The notes beneath the pieces are model-generated. The model was not told the DNA's origin and did no database searches. It saw only the letters and a list, made by a program, of their open reading frames with translations. DNA of 34,731 nucleotides from Toensbergia leucococca (Eukaryota), in the NCBI GenBank assembly GCA_022813965.1, contig JALDZS010000227.1, positions 1 to 34,731 of the forward strand, read 5' to 3'. Made by a program: the position numbers and the translations under genes. How positions within the stretch are numbered: the first letter of the stretch is position 1; each line of letters begins with the position of its first letter. Shown in pieces: positions 12,606 through 25,460 of this stretch.

Positions 12606-13790
12606 CGATATGTCTTTGGAATTGGTGACGGAGTCATGGTGGTAATCTATCTGGGATGAGAGTACTTTGAATAAGATTCCCCATTCCCCATTTAAGAACA
12701 ATACAAGCGCGTTTTGTTTGCTATTGACAGCGATAATTCCCTATCTGTACTCGCACTGAACAGGATGTACAAGGTCCAACTAATGTTGTGTCAAGATGGT
12801 AGAAAAACAACAATGAGTACAATCACAATTGGAAAATACTACCAACAATGTGTCATGTGCAATCAATTAGGTGCGAGTACTCGTACCTTACATGTATGCT
12901 ATTACCTTCGTAGTCACAATACAAAAGTAAGGTATGTTGTTGAGGGACCTTGAGACCCTGAGAGTCTGATCATGCCACCGGCCACCGACCACCGATCCGT
13001 CATCCGTCATCCGTCATCCATACCTAATTGCGTCCGGGCACTAATTGATTATGTTACACCACATACCTTACCTGAACCTCGACTCGGCACTGTCCAATCT
13101 TTCTCTTCCACTTCCACTTCCACTTCCAGTTCCATAACCATAAATCTAGGAGATGTTTATTGCCGACCCTGAATCAGGAAACATGATTCCGGAACTAAAT
13201 GTCCCTTGTCGAGGATGAAGTAAGCAGCCCTCCCGCTACTGAAGATACTTCGCCCCACCTTGAGATCAAGATCATGCCAGGAATTGGACAATCCTGGGTG
13301 CGAGAAATGAAACTACCAAGTCAGTGAAATGGGCAGAGAAATGTGCTTACGGGCCTACCTCCGCCGGACTATGAACCAAGAGACTGGACCCCATACTCTG
13401 GGCCCTACGACTTCATCGCCCAGCGCTCCTCTAAGCATTGATTGGCTGAGAGAAGCCCGCGAGAGCGTTTAAGCTATGTCGGGCATCAGTGATTCCTACA
13501 GCCACAATGTAACCATAAGAGACCAGGCCATCTCTCTGCTCTCATCCTACAACAGCACTAGCTTACCAGCCTTGCGGTCTGCACGACTCGTGTCTTCTCC
13601 GTAGTCGTCATTCTCGGCGTCATGTTGGACTGGAACGCGGTGCGATTGGCGCATGTTGTCACTAATACAATATCAAGTCAGGAATATCCGTAGTACACAA
13701 TACTGTCTTGCTGCTCTCCCCGCCCCACAGTCCAGCCTTTGTCTTTCCCCCTCTTCTTCCAAGAAGCCCGAATAACTCCAAGACTTGATC

Positions 13791-15365
13791 ATGGAGAGTT
13801 TTCTTATGAACAGTGCTGCTCTGTTGGCAAGATCACCCGAATCCGATTCACCTACTGGAGCTCCTGCAGGTGTTGTTCCCAACTATGTTGATCCTCCATC
13901 AAGGGGTTTCGAGATCATAACTACGAGTTATGCCTGTCTGGCTCTGGCCATCACCTTCGTTCTAATCCGGCTGGGCACGAGGATATTCATTATCCGGAAA
14001 ACCGATTGGGATGACTGTGAGTCTTGGCTTAGATAACGCATCCTATGTGCTTCTTGATACTCTAGCTGACACGAAGCGCAATAGATCTTATGATAATTGC
14101 GCTGGTATGGACTTTTCAGTTCCTTTCGCCTATCAAGATACATAGGCTATGGGCTAAATTGTATGGGCATAGTTATGGTCAGTAGCTCGAGTTATAGTCA
14201 GTGTAGAAGGTGAGTTTCCATAGCAATGAATAGCTTGCTTGTCAAACGACTAATACCTCGTCAGTGGTGAAGCATTTTGGCACCGGTCGACATTCTTGGG
14301 ATGTTATGCCGCAATGGTACAATATGTCGTATCGAGTGGGTAGCTCCTTTGAGATCCTGAAATTCTTTTATGAATACATCTAACGGCAGGGTAATAGCTC
14401 ATTGTAATCAACGACATAACGTATTTTCAAGGGGTCATGTTCGTCAAATTATCCATCTTGATGCTTTATCTCCGACTCTTTGGAGTTAACAAGAAGTTCC
14501 GAATTGCCTGCTACAGCATCATGGCTCTGGTGGTCGGCTATCTCGTTGCTAGTACATTGGCATACATATTTGGGTGTTCGCCGTTGGACAAGACATGGAA
14601 TATCAGTATCGAAGGCACCTGCATTGACGACGTATCCCTCGATTTTGCCATTGGAGGACTGTCCGTGCTCACTGATACCTTAATTTTTATACTACCATTG
14701 CCAATGGTGTGGAGATTGCATGTCTCAATGAGTCACAAAATTGCTCTAGTAGCAGTTTTTGCGACAGGTTCATTGTGCAACTCCCTCCATCTGAGATTGT
14801 CGAGATACATTTACTAACTGTGGAAATAGTGTTTGTGCAGCGAGTATCGTGAGGGAAGTGATCACTGTTGAAACGGAGAAGAATTACGACCAGTCCTGGT
14901 ACATTGTGCCCCAAATAATGTGGCTGTTAGTATTAGCGTCTATCATGGATGGCAAGCCTGAACTAATGATCTTATAGCACTATCGAATTCAACGTGGGTA
15001 TTGTCTGTGGGTGCCTCCCAGCCATGCAACCCTTCCTCCGGCAGATCATCTGGAAAAACCTCGCCAGCTCAGCCAAATCCTCATATCGCAACCTCCTCGA
15101 CAGGAGAAGCACTCTTTCCTCGCGTATCTTCCACTCGTCGCAATCATCACGGCCATCCGGGCCTCCAAAATCCCTTGACAGCAACGACAGCTACTTGGAG
15201 CTAGGCGACGTTAACAATCGGCCAAGAACGGCCGTGACGGGAGGGAAATCGAATTCGGATGAAATTGATGCCCAAGGCAACCGCATGTGGTTGGGGAGCG
15301 GGGATATCTTGAAAACGTCAACTTTGGATGTCGAGTCTGGTCATTCGGAAAAGAGCCTTGTATAG
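13791..15365 (+). CDS. PTH11-like fungal rhodopsin-domain integral membrane protein (no CFEM), 7 exons incl. micro-exons 14085-14104 and 14173-14209
   Basis: Typical motifs PNYVDPP, R..TR..WDD, GTGRHSWDV, KLSILMLYLRLF, TDTLIFILPLPMVWRL and EFNVGIVCGCLP, followed by a Ser-rich cytoplasmic tail. Confidence 0.88.
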
Positions 15366-15950
15366 CAGGAGATTGTATTGGGACAATGACTTGTTTATGG
15401 GGTTATATGAAGGACCAAATGCAAGTGCTACGACTGTTTGCTGCTGTTGATCCTTGGGGCGTATGATATCCTCGGTCTGCAAGATGTTGGTACTGTCTTA
15501 TTCCAGCTTGTGTAGCAACGAACGTATGATACCCCTGGAAATGAAAATTAACATTAATAACCTAAAGGATTGATATCGGTACGAGTAGGAGCGGATTTAA
15601 TATATCATGTGACTGTGCCCTAGCCCTACCACGCCACCCACTTAGCCGATCGCACACAGATTATTTCTTCGGAAAGTTATCATAGAGCTTATCAGCACAT
15701 TTTCATGTTTCTATGCTCTTCATTGTACCCTTGAAATATAGTAGACATTGGCGATCGATCCGATCTCCAGCGTCTCCCTATTGATTCGATCGCCTACAGA
15801 AGGTTTCAACTACGAGCTCGTACCTATGACTCACACGCCGAGAGATAGAGCTCCTTTCCCGCCATTACTTCTCCGCGTCTTTGATGGAAAATCCACGCCC
15901 ATCTTCAAAAAGACCATTGTGACCCTGTTCACACTCACAGCCTCAGATCC

Positions 15951-17395
15951 ATGGGTGATGAGCTGGCGAATCCAGCCATTGATCATGGAGTTACTGCAGA
16001 TTCCTTCACTCCGTCTACAGGAAGCGTCGCCGATGGATTATCCAAGCCAGATTTCTCTGTGCAACCCCATACCGAGGGAGAGAACGGACGAGGACTGGCC
16101 CATGGATTGAATGTAGTCAGGATGGCGTCCTCAAGAATTCTTGAACCGCCTCCGGACGGAGGTTTGAAGGCTTGGACCCAGGTCTTGGCAGGCCACCTAG
16201 TCATCTTCAATGCCTGGGGGAATATCAATTCGTTTGGAATCTTTCAGTCATACTATGTCACGGCTCTTGACCGTCCCCCTTCAGATATATCGTGGGTGGG
16301 ATCCATGCAGATTCTTTTGGTTTTCCTCATCGGCGCCTTTTCCGGTCGTGCTCTAGACGCCGGCTATTATCGAGCCACGCTGTTTGCTGGGGCTTCGTTG
16401 CAGTTGCTTGGTGTTTTCATGACCTCGCTGTCGACGCAATACTGGCAGCTCTTCCTGGCTCAAGGTATCTGTCAAGGTCTCGGCGATGGATTGGTTTTCT
16501 GTCCTATTATTTCTTTGATATCTACATACTTTTCCGTCAGACGTTCGCTAGCTCTTTCCTTGGCAGCTTGCGGCGGAGCCACAGGCGGTATGGTGTTCCC
16601 GGCCATCGTGCAGCAACTTCTCCCGAAAATCGGTTTCGCCTGGACTGTCAGAGTAATGGGATTTGTTATGCTTGCAAATTCTGCCGTTATTCTGACATTC
16701 GCGCGAACGAGGATACCGCCGAGAAGAACTGGTCCCCTGATTGAATGGGCTGCTTTTAAGGAACTGCCTTATGTTCTCTTCATCATTGGCATGTTCTGCA
16801 CTCAACTGGGACTTTACTTTGCATACTACTATGTAATTATCAAAACCCTTTACCTCTTCTCAATCCACTAAACTATTTCAAGGTCAGCCCGTTTGCCCGG
16901 GATGTCATTTTTGTTTCGCCTTCTGAATCGCTGTCTCTTATACTGATCATCAATGGCGTGGGTGTTCCCGGTCGGTTGGTTCCCGCGCTGTTGGCCGATC
17001 GCTTTTGGGGTCCTCTGAATCTCCTGATCCCAACGATCTTTGCTGCTGGTCTCTGCGTTTATTGCTGGGCTGCAGTGTATTCTCTAAACGGGGAGATTGC
17101 TTTTGTAATCGTATATGGCTATTTCGGCGCCGGGGTGCAGGGTATTTTTCCCGCCACGCTCTCCAGCTTGACTACCGATTTGAACAAAATGGGGGTTAGG
17201 GTTGGCATGGTGTTTTCGATCATTGGGTTTGCCACTCTTATCGGGCCACCAATAGCAGGTGTTCTCATTCAGTTAAAAGGGGGCGATTACCTTTACGCCC
17301 AGATGTTCGGAGGGACGGTCATCGTCTCTGGGAGCCTGGTCCTCATCAGTGTTCGAGTTGCGAAAACGGGGCCTCGATTCAGGCAGCGGCTGTAA
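15951..17395 (+). CDS. MFS transporter, monocarboxylate permease (MCH4/MCH5-like) type, ~464 aa, intron 16833-16882
   Basis: PPDGGLKAWTQV, WGNINSFGIFQSYY, SDISWVGS, GRALDAG, G.R.GM and GPPIAG, with multiple TM segments. Confidence 0.92.
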
Positions 17396-18768
17396 GACAG
17401 AAATGGAGCTCATACGCCCGTGGCTTTGATTTACCACCTGCAAACGATCGTCTTAGCGCAAAATTGGTATGAAAGGGCGGCCAGTCAAAAATAAAAAGCC
17501 AAAACGTGGAATTGCTTGCTGTATCGAAGAGAAATGGTTCAAAATGCAAATCACCGCAACATCGGGACGAAGCCTCATAGCTGGTTTTCGTCGTGCGCGA
17601 TTCCTGTGTCGTCGGTGAAATGAAAGAGTCGGAGATGGTGCTTTTATCATTCAAGGTACTGTAATGGCTGCCAAAGACTCAGCCTCTGAATGAAGCTTTC
17701 AGGCTATGCACTACCGGGTTCTTTGTATACAACTTGGCCCAGAGGCCAAACAGTGCCGCAAATCAAGCTCTTCTGAAACTGGGAACCTGACCACCGCGTT
17801 GGCCAGATGAGGATCGAAACTTTATCCGGAAAGATAAAGTGGTCCAAGAGCACCACCGTCGGCGTGTCTATGGCCAATGCCCACATTCTCTTGAAGAGGT
17901 CTTATCTTTGGGAGACCGCTGCTATTTTGTGGTTCAAAACTTTGACAGTACAGCATGCACGGCGAGAGCCCGAGCAGAGAAATATCTGACGAAATGGGTA
18001 TTGTCTTATTAGTAGGAATAATGATGTTCATTCTCATAGCTAGGTAAGGCGACAATTGGGTTCTTCATTTGAAGGCAACAAGGAACTTGGTTAAAATATC
18101 TGCGACGACCGTTACGGGTGGTGGACATAGAGAGTTAGGTAACTGTAAAAGGGCTGTGAGATGACTGATATAGATGACTCTGGTTATGGCATGAAAGTCA
18201 AAAGGTTATGAGTGATGTCTAGGCAGAATTTCAAGCATGAGCGTCGTTTTGTTATAATGATTGAGCATCTTTGACGGCTGAGGAGTAATCAGAGCTGTTG
18301 AACACGAGTCGGCAATCAGGGTAGACCAGGTAGAACCAAAGCAGCATAAGGAAGAGGAAGATTATACACAGTAGGTAGTATTAGGCAAATCTAGTAGGAT
18401 TAAGGGGGCCGTGTTAGCTAGAATATCGATGGTTCAGCCGCAGCTGAAAGAAAAGTCTGCATCCTTCAGGCAGCCGCGGGGCTGCCTACCACAGTCATGT
18501 CTACAACCAACGACTCTTCTTTCTCCTCTTCTTCAATCTTTAGTATCATCATCTTATATAGAAGAGTCATAGATTTGAGGAGCGTGGATTAAATTAAATA
18601 CCTGTCGCATTGCACATCTTTGACCTTTGACGGAAATCTTCTCAAGCAAGCAAGCATTTTTATTCATTATATTCTTGTTATTTCAATCCATTGAGAGAGG
18701 AGGGACGACATCAAAGATCCATCTTGAAACCTACATAGGCCCAGCCACGAATACCCAAGCTTCTAGAC

Positions 18769-20130
18769 ATGACGATCAAAATACAGAGAGAAACCACCGA
18801 GTCACCCTCACAGATCGGATCCAAGCAAACGGACCAAGTCTCGTCCGAAACCAGTGCCGGCCGAGCACCTGACATATTGACGCTTCAAATTGAAGAATTC
18901 CCGGAAGTCATCGTAGAGGAGACGAATGAGAAAAACCAGGAGAATGCAAGAACTGACCAAAGATCCGTGGGTCAATTGAAGAGAGAGGGCGCTTTCAAAG
19001 TCCCGGAGGAGCCTACCGAGCAGCTCATACGTCCACGGATCTTGGAATTGGCAAAGGTGAGCTTGAGAGAGAAACTCGAGAACATTTTCCAGATCCCCAG
19101 CTTTGCCAACGGGGAGATTGCCAAAGTCACCCTGGATGTCAAGCGCGAGCTGGTCAGAATATTAGAGGAAGAGGCCCGCCTTCAGAGTTCAAGCATTCCG
19201 GTCAAAAGGGGATCTTCGGAAAAGGCGGAAAAGATATCTTTGGAGAAGCTTGCAAAATCTTTTCGATCCGAAGGCTTGTCCGAAGATGCTATCGCGAACA
19301 TTTTAAAGAAGGTGGGAAAAGAGCGAGGAAGGACGAGACCAACTTTTATAAAGGCACATCGGCGACATCTGAGTCCGGCAACATTAGACACATATGGACT
19401 ACCCTGGGAGTTTGATGCGGTAAGTTTGAACGTGTATCCAAAAATTGATGTGTTGGTTCGGTCACTAATTGACGTGACTTGTGTGAGCGAAGATAAATCC
19501 AAATTATGTCATCGTCAGGCAATGGCTGAATGAATCTGATACGGATATCCTGTTCGAGCACACGCGAGAATTACACAAAATGTGGAAGAGAACATATTTA
19601 AAAGTTCACCGAGAACATATATGCCCAGGGACCTTGGACGCATACCAGCTACCGTGGGAATGGGACGAGGTAAGTAGGCTTGTAGTTTCATCTCCTGCCT
19701 TGAGAAACTCCAATTGACTGAACCATGTATGCTACGATAGCGCGACCCCAATTATATCATCATCATGCGCTGGTTGCCAGAGGACGACCAGGACATCCTC
19801 TTCGATCACACGTCTCGACTGCGAAACCACCCACGATCCTTGGAAAACTCACTCATTTCCTTCAGCTCCGATGAGGCCCACCAGGACGACAAGAAGACGA
19901 AGTCTGAGAGACGAGATCTCACGGCCCGGAAGGGGGTTTTGCCATCTTCTGGGGACAGCCAAATCCCAGCGGTGAGCAATGAAGCCAATGTACTTATCGA
20001 AACCCAACCGCCGAGCCGAGATAGCGTTCCGATTGATGATGATGATGATGCTGGTCGAAGAATTTGGGCTGCTGAAGGCGAAGGGCCAGACGATATCACG
20101 AATTGGATCTGCTTGCATATCAAGGGTTGA
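18769..20130 (+). CDS. Hypothetical protein (~405 aa) with two tandem ~59-aa domains; exons 18769-19419, 19493-19669, 19741-20130
   Basis: Long ORF with GTAAGT donors at 19420 and 19670. The repeated unit is T(F/Y)xKxHRxHxxPxTLDxYxLPWE(F/W)DxxxPNYxIxxxWLxExDxDILFxHT. Confidence 0.75.
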
Positions 20131-20339
20131 ATATGCCCCTCGGAATCAATTGGTGAGCATGTCGTATATGAATTTGGACCTGATGATCGACGACGATGAT
20201 GAAGATGATGATGATGAGCGTAATTTCATGAGACTGTGAATTGGTGGCAAAGGGGCAGTAACAGGGGCTGGCTTATTAGGGTTCTTGATCAGGAACAGAT
20301 GAATTGTTTTGAAAACATTGGGCGATGTAGCCCATTCTC

Positions 20340-20650
20340 AATTGAATAGGTAGCTTCAGGGATGATGATGACAAGTCTTCTTCTAGCCTAGTTGATTCAT
20401 ATGATAGAATACAGTACTCAGCAGGTCATTCATATCTTTCTTACATGAATGATTCATTGATTTCACATCTCACCTTTTCATCAGACTCCTTGACAAGTTC
20501 ATTCATTGTGAACAGACTAATTTTATGTTCTGACAAGCTGAATCTTCAATTTTTTTGACAGACGTGAGCACTTGTGATTAATTCTTGACTCAGACAGCAC
20601 ATGCATTTCATCATGTTACTTTGAAGCATTGATTTGTTTGACTCTTGTAC
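20340..20650. other. Short AT-rich, CpG-depleted patch (probable mutated repeat relic)
   Basis: Near absence of CpG and an excess of TCA/TGA, like the terminal transposon regions. Confidence 0.4.
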
Positions 20651-21084
20651 CCTTGACCAGCAGACAACGTAAAACTCACTCCGCGCTGCGGTCTTTTATT
20701 GTACTGAAATGCATTCCTTGGCTACAATTTCCTTCATCCACGCTTGTCCTCTACGCAACCATTTCATGAGTTTGACATGCCGTGATGAATCATGAGTTTC
20801 AACGATGTTATAACTTCAAGCAAACAGCTGTCAAATCTGGTATTGATTCAGGGTTTTTCAGTCTCAAATCATGGCTGAAGGTCACGCTTCAATTTTTTAA
20901 CATGTCACATTCGAATATCCGGCAACGAAGCATCATCCTTACATTGAAGGAACAAGAATGATTTGCATCTAGGTGCGACGCTGTATCATTATAGCAATTT
21001 GCTGTTTGATCTATTGTGTCAATGGCACTTCTGATTTCTTTGGGCTTCTGATGGACTTGTCCGGCGTTGAGAATATGATAGTCT

Positions 21085-22017
21085 CTACCATGGAAAGTCC
21101 CCGCCTTCGAGAGTTGGAAAATGCCCAGATGTCTTCTCCCTCGTGGACTCGTCAACCTGAAAGAAGGAACTATAAGTATACTGGGTCTCAAAACACGTTT
21201 GAACAGAAAACATACGGTAGCCACCAGATATTTGACGCTGTCTTCGACAGAGGTAATCGCTTCTTTCATACCAAAAGCCACGGCACCATTATTACCCATG
21301 TCCGTCTTCACGAATCTATTCAAGTGAATTACGTCAGCTCTACCTCCGCTTGAGCGCAGGTTATGTGACTCCATCATTGCAGCTTACCCAGGATCAATAG
21401 CAAAGGAGACCAAGCCCTCATTCTCAAAGTGAATCTTTCGGATGAAATAATTCATCGCCGCCTTTGAAGCCCCATATGCAGCCATTGGAAACGGGCGCTG
21501 CTCCATCCCACCAATGCTAGCAAGGGGCGAGCTGATATAGACAAACTTCGGCTGAATTGATTTCTGTAGAAGAGGAAAGAAGGCTTGGAATAGGGCAAGT
21601 GGTCCGATGGTATTCACTGCGATGTGCTCTTTCAAGGGTGTGACCTTCAGATCAAGTGCCGTGGAGTAATCGCTCCCGATTCCTGCGTTTGCGATCACGA
21701 CGTCTATGTGCTGGATATTGTGGGTAGATTGCAAAAGCTTTGCAGCAGCTTCCGCGTCGGTTTCGGAGGCGCTATCGATCTTGACGGTGATGAGATTGCT
21801 CCCGTGGCCTTTGGGAAGATCAGTAAGGGTCTTGGAAGACGGGTTGCTTGGGTCGCGGACGCCGGCGATGACGGTGGAGTTGGATCGGGAGAGATAAGTT
21901 GCAAGGAGGCCTTTACCAATACCTAGGGACGATCATGAGCTATGAGGTTTCTTGAGTCACTGACTCTCTATTACCTCTATTGGGTCCTGTGATGAGGTAG
22001 GTGAGTGGAGAAGACAT
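21085..22017 (-). CDS. Short-chain dehydrogenase/reductase (Nor-1/AflD-like classical SDR), ~249 aa, exons 22017-21975, 21922-21388, 21315-21216, 21156-21085
   Basis: Rossmann motif LITGPNRGIGKG, IDVVIANAG, YISS, catalytic YGASKAA and DPGFVKTDMG. Confidence 0.92.
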
Positions 22018-23258
22018 TGGACCGGAAGAAAGAGCTTGATTCTATAATATCTCGAAGACCGTTCGGGCTGAAATGGTGACAGAGTTGCTGAAAAATCCAC
22101 TGAAAGTCGCGAGACCTATTGAGAAGTCAAGTAGGTTTGTCGGTTGTGTCGAGCTTGATCAAGGCTTTCCCCTGGTCTTAAATAGGCCATCCACCACAGA
22201 ACTAACAAGAAATCTAACCCGTCGCTTAGAAATTGACATTGACATTAAGGCATGCAAGGATCTTGCGCCATGATATGTAGCATGCATCATCACTACTGAC
22301 TTCAGCTTGGTAAGTGATGATTGGGTTGACGGATCGCAAGTACGGGTTCCCGACTCATAGGGGGAGAGAAAGGTGTTGACGATTACAAATGCTGAACGGT
22401 ATAAGTATAAAATAGCGCGAGGGAGCCGGACACAATCCGGCGGACTGACTTGCTTCATCCGCTTGCGTTGACGTAATGGGCTTGAGTGTCTTGAATGCCA
22501 TCTGATGTTGATGCGTTGAGGTTTTGGTATTCAGAAGGCTGAATAATGTTGATTTGCTGACGAATGTTTAATTAAAGGGGTACTCAGGGGCCATATCAGG
22601 GTACCTAACCAAAAGAAGGCCTGAGTCCTGTTTTGGTCTGGCTTACTTTACCTAATTAGGTAGTGCAGGAACACTTGCCCGTCTCGCCCGTCCATAAATT
22701 GACACGGCTGAGAAATCCCATGTTTGTTTAGCAGCGGCTTCACCATGTCAATCGCGAACTTCCCCAATATCGCACATTGATTCAAGAATGGACTTCTCAA
22801 TATGTCACAAGAAGCCTCTTCTGGCCCATGTGAGAATTGAGACTGCCGCAGCAGACTTGAGGTCATTGACATATCAGAGCATCCTGAGACCACCTCCTCA
22901 CTTCGTCAATTCCATGTTAGCTATCAAGGAGTAAGATGAGAAAACTGTCTTGCTACGAAAGACGCTTTTGTGGCCCACCTGCATTTATTTTCTCCGCAAT
23001 ATGCAGTCAGATAAGGGATGTGTACCTAATATCTGACATGCATGGCTGCCCATCACTTGCCCTCCCGTTTCCCCGCCGTATTTAGTCAGATAAGGTCTGG
23101 TTGAGTATCACTTCTTTTCATATATTGGAACAATCATTACTTTTGTCGCAATTTGTAAAATCATGTTGTCCCGAAGCTGAAGCAATTCATGATAGGAGAT
23201 GTATTAGATGAACGCCTGAAGAACAGCTGTTTTGTCATTCTGAGGAATTGAAAGAGGA

Positions 23259-24991
23259 ATGGGCGCTTTTAAGATCTTGTCCGAGCTCTTAGGAGGCTAC
23301 TCTCTTCTGATTATCGTTCCCTTGATCTTCATCGCATACCTCTTCGCTCTAGCATTCTACCGCCTCTATTTGAGCCCTATAGCACACTTCCCAGGCCCCA
23401 AACTTACCGCAATAACAGCATGGTACGAAGTCTACTTTGACGTCTACAAAGGCGGCCAATTCGTCTATGAAATCCAAAAATGGCACGAACAATACGGTCA
23501 GTCCACCAATCCAGATCATCTAACAACACCAACACTCAATAAACTCCAAAAGGTCCCATAATCCGCATCAACCCTACTGAAATCCACATCTCCGACCCAT
23601 CTTTTCACAGTACCATCTACGGACCAACCACCCGCTTCAACAAACCCAAGTACCTGCAACATCGCTTTGGCCAACCCCATGGCAGTCAAGCGACACCTTC
23701 CCACGATCTTCACCACCGCCGCCGTATGGCTCTGAATCCTTACTTCTCCAAGCCCAAAATCCTGAACTTCAGCCCACATATTCAAGAATGCGCGTTGAGG
23801 CTATGCAATCGCTTGAAGCATGAGTATCAGGGCACAGGGAAAGTCGTTGCGCTGAACGAGGCATGGGCGGCGTGGGCAACGGATGTGGTCATCTTTTACG
23901 CGTTTGCATGGACTTATGACTTTCTCGAGTATCCCGATTTCGTGGCGCCCTTTACCACCTCAATCAGGGAGCTGGCCCAGTCGGTGCATGTGGCGACGCA
24001 TTTCCCATGGGTTTTAGCGATGCTTCAGTCGATGCCGGATTCAGTGCTCGCTGTTATTAACCCTGCTATGAGACCTGTTTTCCAATTTCTTGATGCAAGT
24101 ATCTACCTTTATGTTGATTCTCTCCCAACGACATTAGGGTTGACAAATCCCCCAGGAAGTAAAATCTCAAGTCATAAAAATCATGCGCGGCGAGAACGAT
24201 GCCCATAAAACCGTCTCCCATACCACTGTTCTGAGCGCGCTCATTCAGTCCGACTTGCCACCAGAAGAGCTATCATTGGCACGTCTCCAAGATGAAGGAG
24301 CGGGTATCGTGGGCGCGGGTATTGAGACAACGAAACAGGTCCTAACCATGGCAAGTTTTCACCTCATCAGTAACCCATCCATCCTACAACAGCTCCAGCA
24401 AGAACTCCAGACCGCAATCCCTGACCCAGCCAACCCTCCATCGTGGCCCGAATTGGAAAAACTACCCTACCTCACAGCCGTGATCCAAGAATGTAAGAAT
24501 GTTTCCCCCGCCTCTCTACCACGGCAAAACACTGACGCTCGATTCTCCCAGCCCTCCGTCTCTCCTACGGTACAAGCTCACGACTCCAACGTACCTCCAC
24601 CGCCCCTCTCCCATACAAATCCTACACGATCCCCGCCGGCACCCCCTTCAGCATGACCTCCTACCTAATGCACCAGGATCCCCACCTCTTCCCCAACAGC
24701 CACACTTTCGACCCAACCCGCTGGCTTCCTCCGACCCCCCAAACCTCTAACCCTTCGGACCCGACCCGCCTGTATCTGAACCGCTACCTCACAAGCTTCA
24801 GCAAAGGCCCCCGTATGTGCCTGGGCATGCATCTCGCGTACGCGGAACTGTATATCGGGCTCGCCACCGTTTTTCGCAGGCTGGAATTCGAGCTTTTTGA
24901 GACGGGGCCCGAGGCGGTGCTTATGGCTAGGGATTGTTTTGTGCCGTTGCCCCTGAAGGGAACGAAGGGGTTGAGGGTGAAAGTCTTGTGA
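23259..24991 (+). CDS. Cytochrome P450, CYP58/Tri4 (trichodiene oxygenase)-like, ~518 aa, exons 23259-23496, 23553-24094, 24156-24492, 24552-24991 (second intron GC-AG)
   Basis: LSPIAHFPGPKL, GPIIRINPTEIHI, GAGIETT I-helix, ESLRLSYG, FDPTRW and heme motif FSKGPRMCLGMHLAYAE. Confidence 0.93.
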
Positions 24992-25089
24992 GGCTTTGTT
25001 TGTTTGTTTGTTGCTGAGATGTGGTGTATAGCTGGGGTTTTTTTACTTTGGTTGCTGTTTTTGTGAGTTTGAAAGGGATGATGCTATGT

Positions 25090-25460
25090 GATGATACCAT
25101 GAATTTAGCTGTTGTAACTAGGGGTTTGTGTATTTGTCAGACACTGAGTTGATTTTATTGATATATGAGGACTGAGTCTATTATAAGGATTCTGCTGAGA
25201 TATTCAATTGAGGTAATTAGTTGAGTTCATATTTAGAAAGGTTGTTGTGTAAATCTCTTTAAATCTTTTTTTGCCCCTTTTTTTCCTTCTCTTCTTGTTT
25301 TATAATAGAATGTTATATTCAGACTGAGAGTTAAATCAGGGTATAGACTGTTTCTTAATTCAATGCCTTTTCAACTGAAAGCAGTTCTAATGTTAAGAAT
25401 TTCTGTATGTGAGTATGTTTTGATTAGATCAATGAATGAACTGAGTCTGAGAATGTTAAT
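25090..25460. other. AT-rich, CpG-depleted patch (probable mutated repeat relic)
   Basis: Sharp drop in GC, essentially no CpG, and repeated ACTGAG words. Confidence 0.45.

Noticed and set aside
17400..18360. Possible minus-strand pseudogene fragments
   Set aside because: Only short stop-interrupted frames with no recognisable motif; it would need tBLASTx to support.
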